A DNA stretch of 32,536 nucleotides from NCBI GenBank assembly GCA_008632985.1, contig QPGO01000047.1, forward strand, positions 388,608 through 421,143. Reading direction: 5' to 3'. Shown here piece by piece: positions 1 through 10,007 of the stretch; within the stretch, counting starts at the first letter, position 1, and every line of letters starts with the position of its first letter. The position numbers were made by a program, and so were the translations under genes. The notes beneath the pieces were generated by a model. It did not search any database. It was not told where the DNA came from and saw only the letters and a program-made list of their open reading frames with translations. The DNA is from Psammoneis japonica. Its lineage: Eukaryota.

Positions 1-687
1 ATGGCGACAATGCACGCACTGTCCCTTTTTGAATTTGGACGTTGGCTCCTTCCAAGGCTTCTTGACAAGGTCGTCGCGATGGCCCGACAGATCGTCCTCG
101 GTTGATGGTAAAAACGATCCCGCCAAGTGCACACGAATGAGAACAGCCAGTGCCACTGCCAACATGAGACGCAAGAGAAATCCCATGAGGCTGCTGATGT
201 CAAAATTCTTGAAAGCCATGCCGATGTGAAACACGACAACCGCAGCAGTCAAATCGAAGCGCTTCAAGACGGCTGCTGCGCTCGCGAAGTCGAAACGCTT
301 GATGCATTCCTTGGACATGCCAACAACGAGTCCCGTGCACTTCAATGAGATGGTTTTGGACTTGATGGCAACGAAATGGAGTTGGCTCCAGATGGGAGAC
401 CCGATGATGGAGGACCAAATCGATTTGACAGTGACGTTCGGAAACCACTGCTGCTTGATGTGCAAAAAGTCCTCCGTGAGCCCCAACAACCCCTGGCACA
501 ATCCGTAGATAAACGTCGAGAATGTCGTGATAGAAACAACATCGAGATCTTGTAGTAAGGCGCAACAGCCGACCCAAAGAGCAAAACGAAGCCAATCGCT
601 CGCGCTCTTGCGTTGAATCACAACTGCAATCAAGTCACAGTGGCTGACATTGACAACGGCGTTCATAAAGAGGATAGAGGACATCAT
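1..687 (-). pseudogene. Mutated copy (5' part) of the 293-aa membrane/Tudor-like gene
   Basis: ATG at 687 corresponds to 5814 in copy B. The frame runs off the window. Many TpA->TG/CA missense changes, e.g. GQYVYYRH -> GQCVHCRH. Inactivation is inferred, no stop was seen. Confidence 0.7.
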
Positions 688-1105
688 GGTGATGATGGAG
701 ATGCAATGTCTTTGTTGCTTGTACCTTCAAAGAAATTGTGACAGCTTGAATCGATGCCTTTCGAAAGGCGCTCGGACAGTCGTCAGCACAAAGACACGTA
801 GAATGTACGAGGAATCCCGGCAAAAAGAAAGTCTTGGCACCGTTTCACCATATGGTATACTAATATCGGGCTGGATATATGTATTGGCCGAAACCGACCT
901 CTAACATCATGGTCACTACCGGTAAACATGTTCCGACATCATGGTGGTGTGTTGCGATCAATTCGGTTGCTTTTTTTCGACGATTTGAAAGATGATGTTT
1001 GTGTGAGGTCAAGAATGTTCATTTCCTACTTTGTCCTTCCTTCTGCCACGTAATTATGAATTTTCTTTCATTCAATTTCTTTATTTATTACTCTTTCTCT
1101 TCATA
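1..1105. repeat. Copy A of the triplicated ~2 kb unit (left-truncated by window; direct orientation relative to copy B)
   Basis: 1-~993 aligns near-identically to 5128-~6122 (offset 5127). Weaker similarity continues to ~1105. Confidence 0.95.
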
Positions 1106-1304
1106 CTGCCCGGTACTGTACTAACTGTACTGTCCTTACTGACGAGTTCGTCCACCTCTCTCCTCAAATCGCAGAGCGAGGCTCGAACCCGTCTAGCTAG
1201 TGGCCACAGATTGATACTCTTTTCGTTAACTATTGCAGTATCTATTAGCGCACTTGCATTATCTATTAGCTATGCATCTGTATTGAAGGGATGTAATGGT
1301 TGAC

Positions 1305-2726
1305 TCAATCCCCATCTCTATTCAAGTGTAAGCTCTTGTCGACTTTGTAATCCCAGTCCTTCGACCCCGTAACCCTCGCTAGTACGCCATGGACTTGCTC
1401 TGGCGTCGCTGTATTGGCAAGACATGCTGATACAATCAGTAGTCCACCAAGAGAGTCGTTCCATCCCAAACCTTCTCCTACCAAAACACTCGCAAAGAGA
1501 GCTGCCCATAGCGGCTCGGTTGCCAAAATAACAGACGCTTCTGCTGATGGCACGTGTCCCAAAGCAAAGTTCTCCAAAAAGAAATTGAGCGAAGTAGATA
1601 TCAATCCTGTCCACAAGACAGCGGCGCCCACGGTGGAGAGTCCAACCACAGCAGCGGCTCCGCCGTCTCCGTTATCAAACAGAACTTGAGGCAATGCCAT
1701 GCTCTGCCAGTCGAGTTGAAACATCCAGCCATCGGCGATACTCCAAAGCATGGAAACGAGTGCCGTCATGGCCACCATGACGGACGTGACTGGCAAGGCT
1801 TGATCTGGGTATCTCGTCATGGCTTTGCTACTAAGAAAGATACCAGCACCAAACCCAACCGCCTGACACATAGCCAAGGCGTGTCCCATGCTGATTCCCA
1901 TATCCAAAGCAGAGGCACCACCGTTTGGGTTCCACAATTCCAAGAAACCCACTCCCATGATGCAGAGAGCAGCAGCAATCCATGTTTGTGGAGCGTCTTT
2001 CCACCCCATGGGTTTCTTATCCACCAGCGCTTGCAACGCGGGACAGACCAACACTATCGCAGCTCCCAAAAACGAAACAGTTGCCGGCGTGGTATCCACC
2101 AGTGCTAACGACTGCGTCACATAACCCGTTGCGGTACAAAGGCCAGCCAAGAGTGTCATGCCTCGCAGTTCAGGCTTTAATTGAAAGATAAAGGGCGACA
2201 GAGCCAGTGCTGCTAGTACCATACGATCACAGGTTGCAGCTGAAGCGGGGAGGGCATCGTCCATGATACTTCCTAGTGCAAAGTTTGTTCCGTATAGACA
2301 GGCAATAGCGGCCAAGAAAATACGTGGAGCCCAAAAGGAACGTTCAAAGACGGAATCGAGAAATCCCTGAATGCCTCCAGGGAAGCGAGAGTCATTGGGC
2401 TCGATCGATCTGTTGGCTGTAGCATCCAACGTCAAGTCCGAGTCGTTCACAAGAGCAGTCTTTAGAACGATCTTTGATGCAGCCGCTGAGTCATAAGAAG
2501 TATCTCGTCTATTGTTGTCGATCTTGTAACTCATTCTGAGAGTCGTTAATGATGATGGTGATGTATGGGCATGGATTGCATCGTGGTGCTCTGGAGACAC
2601 AAACTTTGAGAAAGCAACTCGAGTCTTGCAACAACATGGCAACGACTTGGTTGTGAAACTGCTCGTCTTTGAGACAATCGTCAAGAAGACAATGAGAGCT
2701 TTCGCCGTTATTATCCCTCTTGTCAT
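1305..2726 (-). CDS. EamA/DMT-superfamily membrane transporter, probably plastid-targeted
   Basis: 473-aa ORF with ~10 hydrophobic segments and DMT-like motifs (YGTNF, QSLAL..T.PATVSFL, ASVILATEPLWAALFA..GE). The N-terminus has a signal peptide followed by SS-F and a Ser/Thr-rich stretch. Confidence 0.85.
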   Translation of the reverse strand: MTRGIITAKALIVFLTIVSKTSSFTTKSLPCCCKTRVAFSKFVSPEHHDAIHAHTSPSSLTTLRMSYKIDNNRRDTSYDSAAASKIVLKTALVNDSDLTLDATANRSIEPNDSRFPGGIQGFLDSVFERSFWAPRIFLAAIACLYGTNFALGSIMDDALPASAATCDRMVLAALALSPFIFQLKPELRGMTLLAGLCTATGYVTQSLALVDTTPATVSFLGAAIVLVCPALQALVDKKPMGWKDAPQTWIAAALCIMGVGFLELWNPNGGASALDMGISMGHALAMCQAVGFGAGIFLSSKAMTRYPDQALPVTSVMVAMTALVSMLWSIADGWMFQLDWQSMALPQVLFDNGDGGAAAVVGLSTVGAAVLWTGLISTSLNFFLENFALGHVPSAEASVILATEPLWAALFASVLVGEGLGWNDSLGGLLIVSACLANTATPEQVHGVLARVTGSKDWDYKVDKSLHLNRDGD

Positions 2727-3062
2727 TGTTACTTGCGGTGATCGTCGAAGAATGATTGGTTTTGCAGAAAGGATTCTCCTCTCTTCAACGGATCACGACC
2801 AGCCGCAAAATGTGAGGCGACGTGTCCTTGAAGCGACTCCGAGCAGCTGGGATTGGTATTATCATCTTCACTCATTTAGGTCTATATACTGAATTTTCAT
2901 TGAGTTTGTGACGTAAGCAAAAACTTGAACGGAATTCGGAATTTTGTCATTTTGGATACCGGCAAGATTCAAGATCCAAGATCGAAAAGGCGCGCGAAGC
3001 GTTGAGGTAAAATTTTGGAAAGAAGACTGACAACTGGTGTTCCCTGCAAGTGCGTTTTCACC

Positions 3063-4086
3063 ATGATGCATGCATGCACCGCTACCATGGCACGCCGTGT
3101 CGTGACATCGACTTTAAGAGTAAGTAATGATTGAGTATTGTGAGTGAGATAAAATGGCGTGAGAAACATGGAGAAAACCAAAAGATTTGCTCAATTGTTC
3201 TTTTGGAGTGTCTGATGCGTGTGTGATGGGTGTTCCCGGTTCCCTGTCGTTCATGAAATTAGTACACCATATCGAGACTATCACGTTTTTCACTTCTCAT
3301 GTCTCATTACTCAATATCATGATGTTCTTACCTCCTTTCGTGGTGTCTCTTTGTCACAGTCACCTGTTTTCTTTCGACCAGCGTCATACTTTAGCACTGA
3401 CAAGAACGTGCAGTTGGTGATCAACGCGGTTGGAATCGATCGCCCTGCAATTGTGAGTGACTTTGCAAAGCATGTCGTGGAAGCTGGCGGCAATGTCGGT
3501 GAATCAAAGGCGTCCATCATGGGATCTCATTTGTTTAGTGTCATGATGATGGTCCAAGTGCCGTCCTCCAAGCACGCCGCTCTGACTGAAGCTCTACAAA
3601 CCATTGACGGTATGAATACAAGTGTCTTTGAAACGGATATTCAAGTCGAACGAGTGTCCAGTCCAGTAGGATGTGAGTTAGTATTAAAATGCTTCGAGTG
3701 TTGCTGTTCTTGAGTCCGCTCTGACTACGTCATCTCTGACTCATCATTTTCAATCTGCCTGTCGGCTACTGCAAAAATCAGACACTGGGCGTGTAACGTT
3801 GAGTGGAGCCAACCACCTTGGTATTGTACACAAGGTCACTTCCTTGTTGGCAAGGTTGGGTGTCAATATCGATTCTCTTGAGACTGCTGAGGAACCCGCA
3901 CCCCACGGCGGAACGACTCTGTTCCTGATGAATGGCCTCGTCTCTGTTCCGGCTCCTCTGTCCAAAGATTTTGATGCCAAGAAGATTAGAGAACAATTAG
4001 AAGAACTCGGAGATGATCTGAATTGTGATATTGGACTAGAAGATGTTCATGAGGAGACTGATCCTTGTGCAGTTTCTGTTGCATAA
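3063..4086 (+). CDS. Tandem ACT-domain protein (GcvR/glycine cleavage repressor-like). Exons 3063-3119, 3360-3672, 3782-4086
   Basis: Two ACT motifs (VINAVGIDRPAIVS..AGGNVGES; VTLSGANHLGIVHKVT..GVNIDSL). GTAAGT..CAG and GTGAGT..CAG introns splice in frame (phase 0 and phase 1). The start could be 3063 or 3087. Confidence 0.85.
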
Positions 4087-6445
4087 TTAGTTGGTCTTTG
4101 TTGTTGATAGCTAGTAGTATAGGGTGGCTACTGCAGTGTCAATCTATTAGGATGGACTATACAGTACTGCTGTTCTTATGCTCGAGACAGACCCCCCGTC
4201 ATTAACAAGAGACTAGTCGCAGCTAAAGGGGGGCGTACTAGTCCGCCGGTAGCAGCGTATCGATCGATTGCGAGTGCAAGCTGTGACACGAACGACAAAT
4301 AGTGCTTTTTATCTAGTTTAAGACAAGACAGAGAAGTGTTGATTAATTTTTCTTGTTTGTTTAATCTTTTTATTGTACAAGACTCTACTCATCTTGATTG
4401 AATGAAACCAAAATAGATTGCCCAACTGAATTAGAATGGCAAAGCGTCTCCTGCAGAGGGAGCAAGAGTTTCTCGTGTTGAATACTTTCCTCGACTTCAA
4501 CTTTCCTTTCTCGATTATTTAACAGCCGCCCCTCTACTTTCAAAAAAGAAGGCACCACCTTCATACCGGTATGAATTTGAGTTTGAGTGCCGCATAGATC
4601 TCTTATTCTCGTTCACATGCTCTGTTCGGAAACAATGACATGTTTCGGAATCAGCTCGAATTAAATGTGCATCCAATACGAGCTTGAATTCAAGACCCAA
4701 TGCAATCAATCAAACTCTCATTCAAAAGTATAAAGATGGCCGCCCTCTGATCTCGACAGTAAAGGCCTTTTCTCGAAAAAAAGAGAGCCCGAGTTGAACA
4801 AAGAATTCAACACGAAAACTCGTCACACCGCATCCACATATGACACTCGGCAATCCTCCCCTGTCGAACATCTCGTTGGAATAATCGTCACAAGATTGCA
4901 CTAACGATATCCCCTTCCCCACATTGAGCACCTTACAATATGTTGCAATCCGGATCGTCGTCAAAGATGTCAATAAAAACCTGAAAGTGACCTGAGCCAA
5001 GCTGGTCCGTAAGGTGGTCCTCGGTCGTCTGTTTCTCGCGTCCGTCGCCCAATTTCACGTCGTAGAACGGGTCAAGGTCATCGTCAAAATGGACCCTTAA
5101 AATCTTTGCTCTCCACGTCTTGTTTGAATGGCGATAATACACGTACTGTCCCTTCTTGAATTTGGACGTTGGCTCCTTCCAAGGCTTCTTGACAAGGTCG
5201 TCGCGATGGCCCGACAGATCGTCCTCGGTTGATGGTAAAAACGATCCCGCCAAGTGCATACGAATGAGAATAGCCAGTGCCACTACCAACATGAGACGCA
5301 AGAGAAATCCCATGAGGCCACTGATATCAAAATTCTTGAAAGCCATGCCGATGTGAAACACGACAACCGCAGCAGTCAAATCGAAGCGCTTCAAGACGGC
5401 TGCTGCGCTCGCGAAGTCGAAACGCTTGATACATTCCTTGGACATGCCAACAACGAGTCCCATACACTTCAATAAGATGGTTTTGGACTTGATGGCAACG
5501 AAATGGAGTTGGCTCCAGATGGGAGACCCGATGATGGAGGACCAAATCGATTTGACAGTAACGTTCGGAAACCACTGCTGCTTGATGTGCAAAAAGTCCT
5601 CCGTGAGCCCCAACAACCCCTGGTACAATCCGTAGATAAACGTCGAGAATATCGTGATAGAAACAACATCGAGATCTTGTAGTAAGGCGCAATAGCCGAC
5701 CCAAAGAATAAAACGAAGCCAATCGCTCGCGCTCTTGCGTTGAATCATAACTGTAATCAAGTCATAGTGGCTGACATTGATAACGGCATTCATAAAGAGG
5801 ATAGAGGACATCATGGTGATGATGGTGATGCAATGTCTTTGTTGCTTGTACCTTCAAAGAAATTGTGACAGCTTGAATCGATGCCTTTCGACAGGCGCTC
5901 GGACAGTCGTCAGTACAAAGACACGTAAAATGTACGAGGAATCCCGGCAAAAAGAAAGTCTTGGCACCGTTTCACCATATGGTATACTAATATCGGGCTG
6001 GATATATGTATTGGCCGAAACCGACCTCTAACATCATGGTCACTACCGGTAAACATGTTCCGACATCATGGTGGTGTGTTGCGATCAATTCGGTTGCTTT
6101 TTTTTCGACGATTTGAAAGATGTTTGTGTGGTTCAGGGAAGTTCAACATTTCCTATTTTGTCTTTTCCTTAGCCACGTATTCTCTATTTAGTAGAGGCTA
6201 TTGTAAAACGATGTCTGTTGTCGTAGGTGGAGCTTTTTATTTAAGACTCTTTCTTCATCCATACACTGCACTGCTGTACTCTAGCTACTACAGTAGTAGC
6301 TAGACCTAACCAACCTCACTAATGTGTGCACGGTACTACTTCTAAGATTTTCAGATTATTATGGAGACTCACGATGGCGATTGCGATCGTTAGTAGCTGT
6401 GCATCGGAGGTATTGATCATAAGTGCTCTGCTGCTCATGGCCGTA
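4081..6445. repeat. Copy B (least mutated) of the triplicated unit. Near-identical core ~4259-6105 with diverged homologous flanks
   Basis: Direct match to 1-1105 and inverted match to 19503-21733. Outer boundaries are approximate. Confidence 0.9.
4933..5814 (-). CDS. Hypothetical membrane protein with C-terminal Tudor/SH3-like beta-barrel
   Basis: Intact 293-aa ORF with hydrophobic segments, then KFKKGQYVYYRHSNKTWRAKILRVHFDDDLDPFYDVKLGDGREKQT, a pattern typical of small SH3-like barrels (fold is inference). Confidence 0.7.
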   Translation of the reverse strand: MMSSILFMNAVINVSHYDLITVMIQRKSASDWLRFILWVGYCALLQDLDVVSITIFSTFIYGLYQGLLGLTEDFLHIKQQWFPNVTVKSIWSSIIGSPIWSQLHFVAIKSKTILLKCMGLVVGMSKECIKRFDFASAAAVLKRFDLTAAVVVFHIGMAFKNFDISGLMGFLLRLMLVVALAILIRMHLAGSFLPSTEDDLSGHRDDLVKKPWKEPTSKFKKGQYVYYRHSNKTWRAKILRVHFDDDLDPFYDVKLGDGREKQTTEDHLTDQLGSGHFQVFIDIFDDDPDCNIL

Positions 6446-6586
6446 TTGCAATGCTACCCTTTGTAAAAAAAGAATCAATTGTTCAGTCTGAATGCGAAAC
6501 GTCTGGTTCAGAGTTAGAGGTGCATTCCCAGTTCACGAGACAGGGCAGTCGTCCAGGAGAGGGTAGCACCAATATCAGCATTTAAG

Positions 6587-7963
6587 CTACTGCTCGACTT
6601 TATCGGCTTTTGCAGATATTAACGCTTCCTCCATTCTTGTTGGATACGTAGGAACCCCGTACGAAGAATCGAATTCCACAGGACCAGTAAAACAGAATGT
6701 ACCGGGCGTGCTGGTTAGCTTTTCAATGATTCGTTGCCTATCGCTTGCATTCTGATAGCGCTGTTCAGGTAGTGAAACACCCAGAGATGGATGCTTCCAC
6801 AAGTCCAACGCAAATTCTGCGCATGATTGTCCTACACATTGCCGAAAGGATTCGTGGGCCTGTACAATCGACGTCATGGCGTTGTCTGACGACACGACAT
6901 CAACACGCATAGCGTGGGTTTCGCCTACATTGTCGGGAGAGAACTTGCGCATAAAGGCATCCGTAAAGAGGACCAGAGGTTGAGAAAAGTCTGCCATGAA
7001 TTTGGAGAACTTCTTGGAACGCCACCACGGACGTGGCACCACTCGTACCAGTATTCCCAGCATGTCGTTCCACACATCTGGCGCAGTCCCCATGGCAGCA
7101 CTGGAGCTACCTTTGATCTTTAATTTTGAAGCCACAGTGGACGCTTCTGGAAAAGGCCAAGCAAACACTTTCTGTGTTCCTACTCGTTCTCGAGCTTCGT
7201 CGTTGCCTTTCTGGTTGATGTTGTCGAGAAAGAAATCTACCGTGCCCAACAGGCGTCCCGACAAGTTCTGAAAGGCCCGCTGCTCGCCATTGTCATATTG
7301 ATTCATGGAATCACCAAAGCCAATGTTGGTAATGTATAGATTAATAGTCCCGGACCCACCGAGTCCCTTGGTGAAGTAGTTGAATCGAACATCCTTGATG
7401 CTCTCATGCTTGGATGCCGCCTCCATGGCAAGCACATTTGACATTCCCGGGAATGCTCCAGCTGCACAGAGAGCCGATGTTCCTGATTTGATGGCTGCAT
7501 CTGATCGTTTCAGTGATTGTACAAGAAATGGCAAAGGATCCGAAACATCAACGTAGACCGAAACTTTGGACTCGATCGCTGCGTCGAGCACGGTAGGAGA
7601 TTGCTCACTGTAAGGACCAGCGGTATGGATCACTCCTGTGGCGTCCTTGAACAATGGAAGCAATGAACTTCCATTCCAAATGTCTTCAATGTATTCATAG
7701 GATATCTTTGAGTCATCATGCGACGACTGTTGAACTTCTTGTACGGCGGCTTCGCCACCTCGCCTTCCCACCAACACAACTTCTAGAGAAGGCTCTTGCT
7801 TCAATAGATGAGAAGCCACGGCAGTACCTATTTTTCCAGTGCCACCAAGAATAACGAATTTTGGTGGTAATGAGGTCGGCATGCCAAAGATCTTTCCGTT
7901 TGTTGCGATGATTAGCACCATCACCCAGAGCCGAATAAGCAACAAAATACCGCAATTCATCAT
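6587..7963 (-). CDS. Saccharopine dehydrogenase-like NAD(P)-binding oxidoreductase
   Basis: Rossmann motif FVILGGTGKIG, plus VIHTAGPY, YVDVSD and AGAFPGMSNVLA. The ORF is open from 8161, but Met at 7963 precedes a signal-like hydrophobic segment and is the likelier start. Confidence 0.85.
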   Translation of the reverse strand: MMNCGILLLIRLWVMVLIIATNGKIFGMPTSLPPKFVILGGTGKIGTAVASHLLKQEPSLEVVLVGRRGGEAAVQEVQQSSHDDSKISYEYIEDIWNGSSLLPLFKDATGVIHTAGPYSEQSPTVLDAAIESKVSVYVDVSDPLPFLVQSLKRSDAAIKSGTSALCAAGAFPGMSNVLAMEAASKHESIKDVRFNYFTKGLGGSGTINLYITNIGFGDSMNQYDNGEQRAFQNLSGRLLGTVDFFLDNINQKGNDEARERVGTQKVFAWPFPEASTVASKLKIKGSSSAAMGTAPDVWNDMLGILVRVVPRPWWRSKKFSKFMADFSQPLVLFTDAFMRKFSPDNVGETHAMRVDVVSSDNAMTSIVQAHESFRQCVGQSCAEFALDLWKHPSLGVSLPEQRYQNASDRQRIIEKLTSTPGTFCFTGPVEFDSSYGVPTYPTRMEEALISAKADKVEQ

Positions 7964-9119
7964 ACTTTTGAGTTGAAAAAGTTTTTGATGATTTGATTTG
8001 CGGCAACGAAAAAGCCAGACTATACTCAATGCTCTGTTATATACACTAGTGTCTACCGAAGTAGCTGTCTTGCACCCACAACCCACAACTACCTTGGCGA
8101 GTGGTGATGGAGTTGATGAAGGTGCGCCATTTTGATGATTCTCTATCAGTGACGTATGCATGACGTGAAATATTACGAGGTCTAGCTCTATTTTAAAGCC
8201 TTCTGCGAGCTCTCCCGCACGTGTCTGTCTTCAACGCGATGAGCGCCATGGCGTTGGCTAATTTTTCCCATCACCAAACCACGTCGTACGCAAGCGCCGC
8301 TCAGTGCATCCTATTCTACTCTTTATGCCGCCAATTTTCGTCGAAGTAATTTTCGCACAAGTTGGTTGTTGTTGCAGAGTCGTTGCGGGCCGACCCGATC
8401 TTCTCCTTTTGACGGTCTCGACAATCTTGTGATTGCTGTCACCGCTCACCTCCGCTGCCCTTGTCATTCATTGTGTTTTGTTCACAATATCACGGCACCG
8501 GCATGTCAAATTTCTTTGTTCACGTGCAGCCGCTGCTGACAAGCTGCAGTGATCAACACGTTAAAGTCGTTCTGCTTTCCACTTCCGCCAGTGCAGAGGC
8601 TGCGAGTGCTTTTCAACATGAATTCCTACAGCAAGAGCATCCCTGCCGGACACCCTCTCTACCAGCTACTTCATCTTAGAAAGACATGCTGGACGGCTCG
8701 TTCAGCCGACAGCACGCACAACTTAACTGCACTCACTTCCGACCAATGCCGGGGATCAACGATCAACAATGCGACAACAACAAAGACCAGCCCACTGAAT
8801 GTGGAAGCGCCCCGAAAGCCATGTAACATGTGAATTCCTTGCTTTTCAAGGATGCAGTCCGAGATCTTGGCATGGCGATTCTTCCCTATACATGTGTCAT
8901 TGTGCTAATGCAAGGCTCAGTAGCATGCTCCATCGGTGCAAAAATGCTGCAAGATAAAAAGAACATCTATATTCACAGAAAAAAATTATCCAAGATACGA
9001 AGATACTCCCGCTCGATTCAGGATCGTCTGAAGACGTCTTCGCCCGACTCTGCGGTTACCGCTTACACCGGTAGGGACGTACATCTTTGACACACCGAGC
9101 AGGTCTTCATTTTCTCATT

Positions 9120-9308
9120 CTATAGAATGGTGCACCCCGTCCTCGCAACGGCACCCGCAGCAAGAGCACCAGCAGCAATACGGGGCGGCGATTCGGTATC
9201 TTGGTTTGGGGCAATGGCCGCCTGGAATGCCTTGCGAACCGCCTCTTCACGCGTTTCTTGCTGTTCCGCTTTGATGGACTCGATTTTCTTGGAAGAGGGT
9301 TCGGGCAT
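9120..9308 (-). CDS. Probable 62-aa microprotein ending in a CaaX box (CTIL)
   Basis: MPEPSSKKIESIKAEQQ...ARTGCTIL*. It is preceded by a plausible 5'-UTR intron 9313-9496 (GTGAGT donor, (CT)n tract, CAG acceptor 4 nt before ATG). Confidence 0.6.
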   Translation of the reverse strand: MPEPSSKKIESIKAEQQETREEAVRKAFQAAIAPNQDTESPPRIAAGALAAGAVARTGCTIL

Positions 9309-9351
9309 CTTGCTGTTGACACATGAAAGAGAAACGACAATGGAGAAGAGA

Positions 9352-9355
<4 letters not shown>

Positions 9356-9381
<26 letters not shown>
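9356..9381. repeat. (GA)n microsatellite, ~13 units
   Basis: Directly visible. Confidence 0.95.
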
Positions 9382-9387
<6 letters not shown>

Positions 9388-10007
9388 AGATAGACTAAAC
9401 TCGGTTCTGTCCCGTTGGCCTCGTGAACATGAGAAGTTTGTGGCGAAGCGTGCAATCTTGGGAGACCTCATCCCGAGTAAATGTCGCTGCACTCACCTCA
9501 AATAAATAACGCTAGTAGAAGAGAATTAATGCAGACAGTAGAGCTAACCTTTTGCCGTTCAACTACTTACTACTCGAACTACGGATCGATAGAAAGATTT
9601 ACAAAATTGTGTGCTTGCTCCACACACCAATTTCCGGAGATTTCCCGAGCTGTTTTGCGCTTGTCGCGAGTGAGTCGCGAGGAGTCTTGAAGTCGCGACT
9701 CGCGACCAAAGGCAGTAGGTATTTATCTTCGCGCGATGACCGATCACGCCCACCGCACTGTTGTGGTCGCACAAGCATCATTGAAAAGAGATAAGCAATC
9801 ATAAATCATACCGATCCAATAACTGTACGAATAGAGACTCTTCATTTTCTTGTAGTGTGCGTCTTAACCATACGGTAATAGCAGCAGTGTTGGTAGGATA
9901 TGACCGAGTTGTATATGATGAGCCAATAGTGAAATAGGGCCCTAGACTAGTCCACTCCACGTCGCTCAGCGCTCGCAGAGAAACACAACTGAACAATTTC
10001 AAAGAGG

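Noticed and set aside
4212..4247. Helitron 3' end (GGCGGACTAGTACGCC hairpin followed by CTAG on the minus strand)
   Set aside because: Homology with copy C continues past the CTAG, the hairpin is not conserved in C, and no matching 5' TC boundary or Rep/helicase is seen. Not excluded, but unsupported.
4933..5814. Classical RIP (CpA->TpA) acting on copy B
   Set aside because: B holds the intact ORF, A and C resolve the same TA to different products, and conserved Tyr/Thr motifs in beta-COP, PRP43 and the Copia protease point to TA as ancestral.
7964..8161. N-terminal extension of the oxidoreductase ORF
   Set aside because: The downstream Met precedes a signal-like segment, so the extension is probably 5' UTR.
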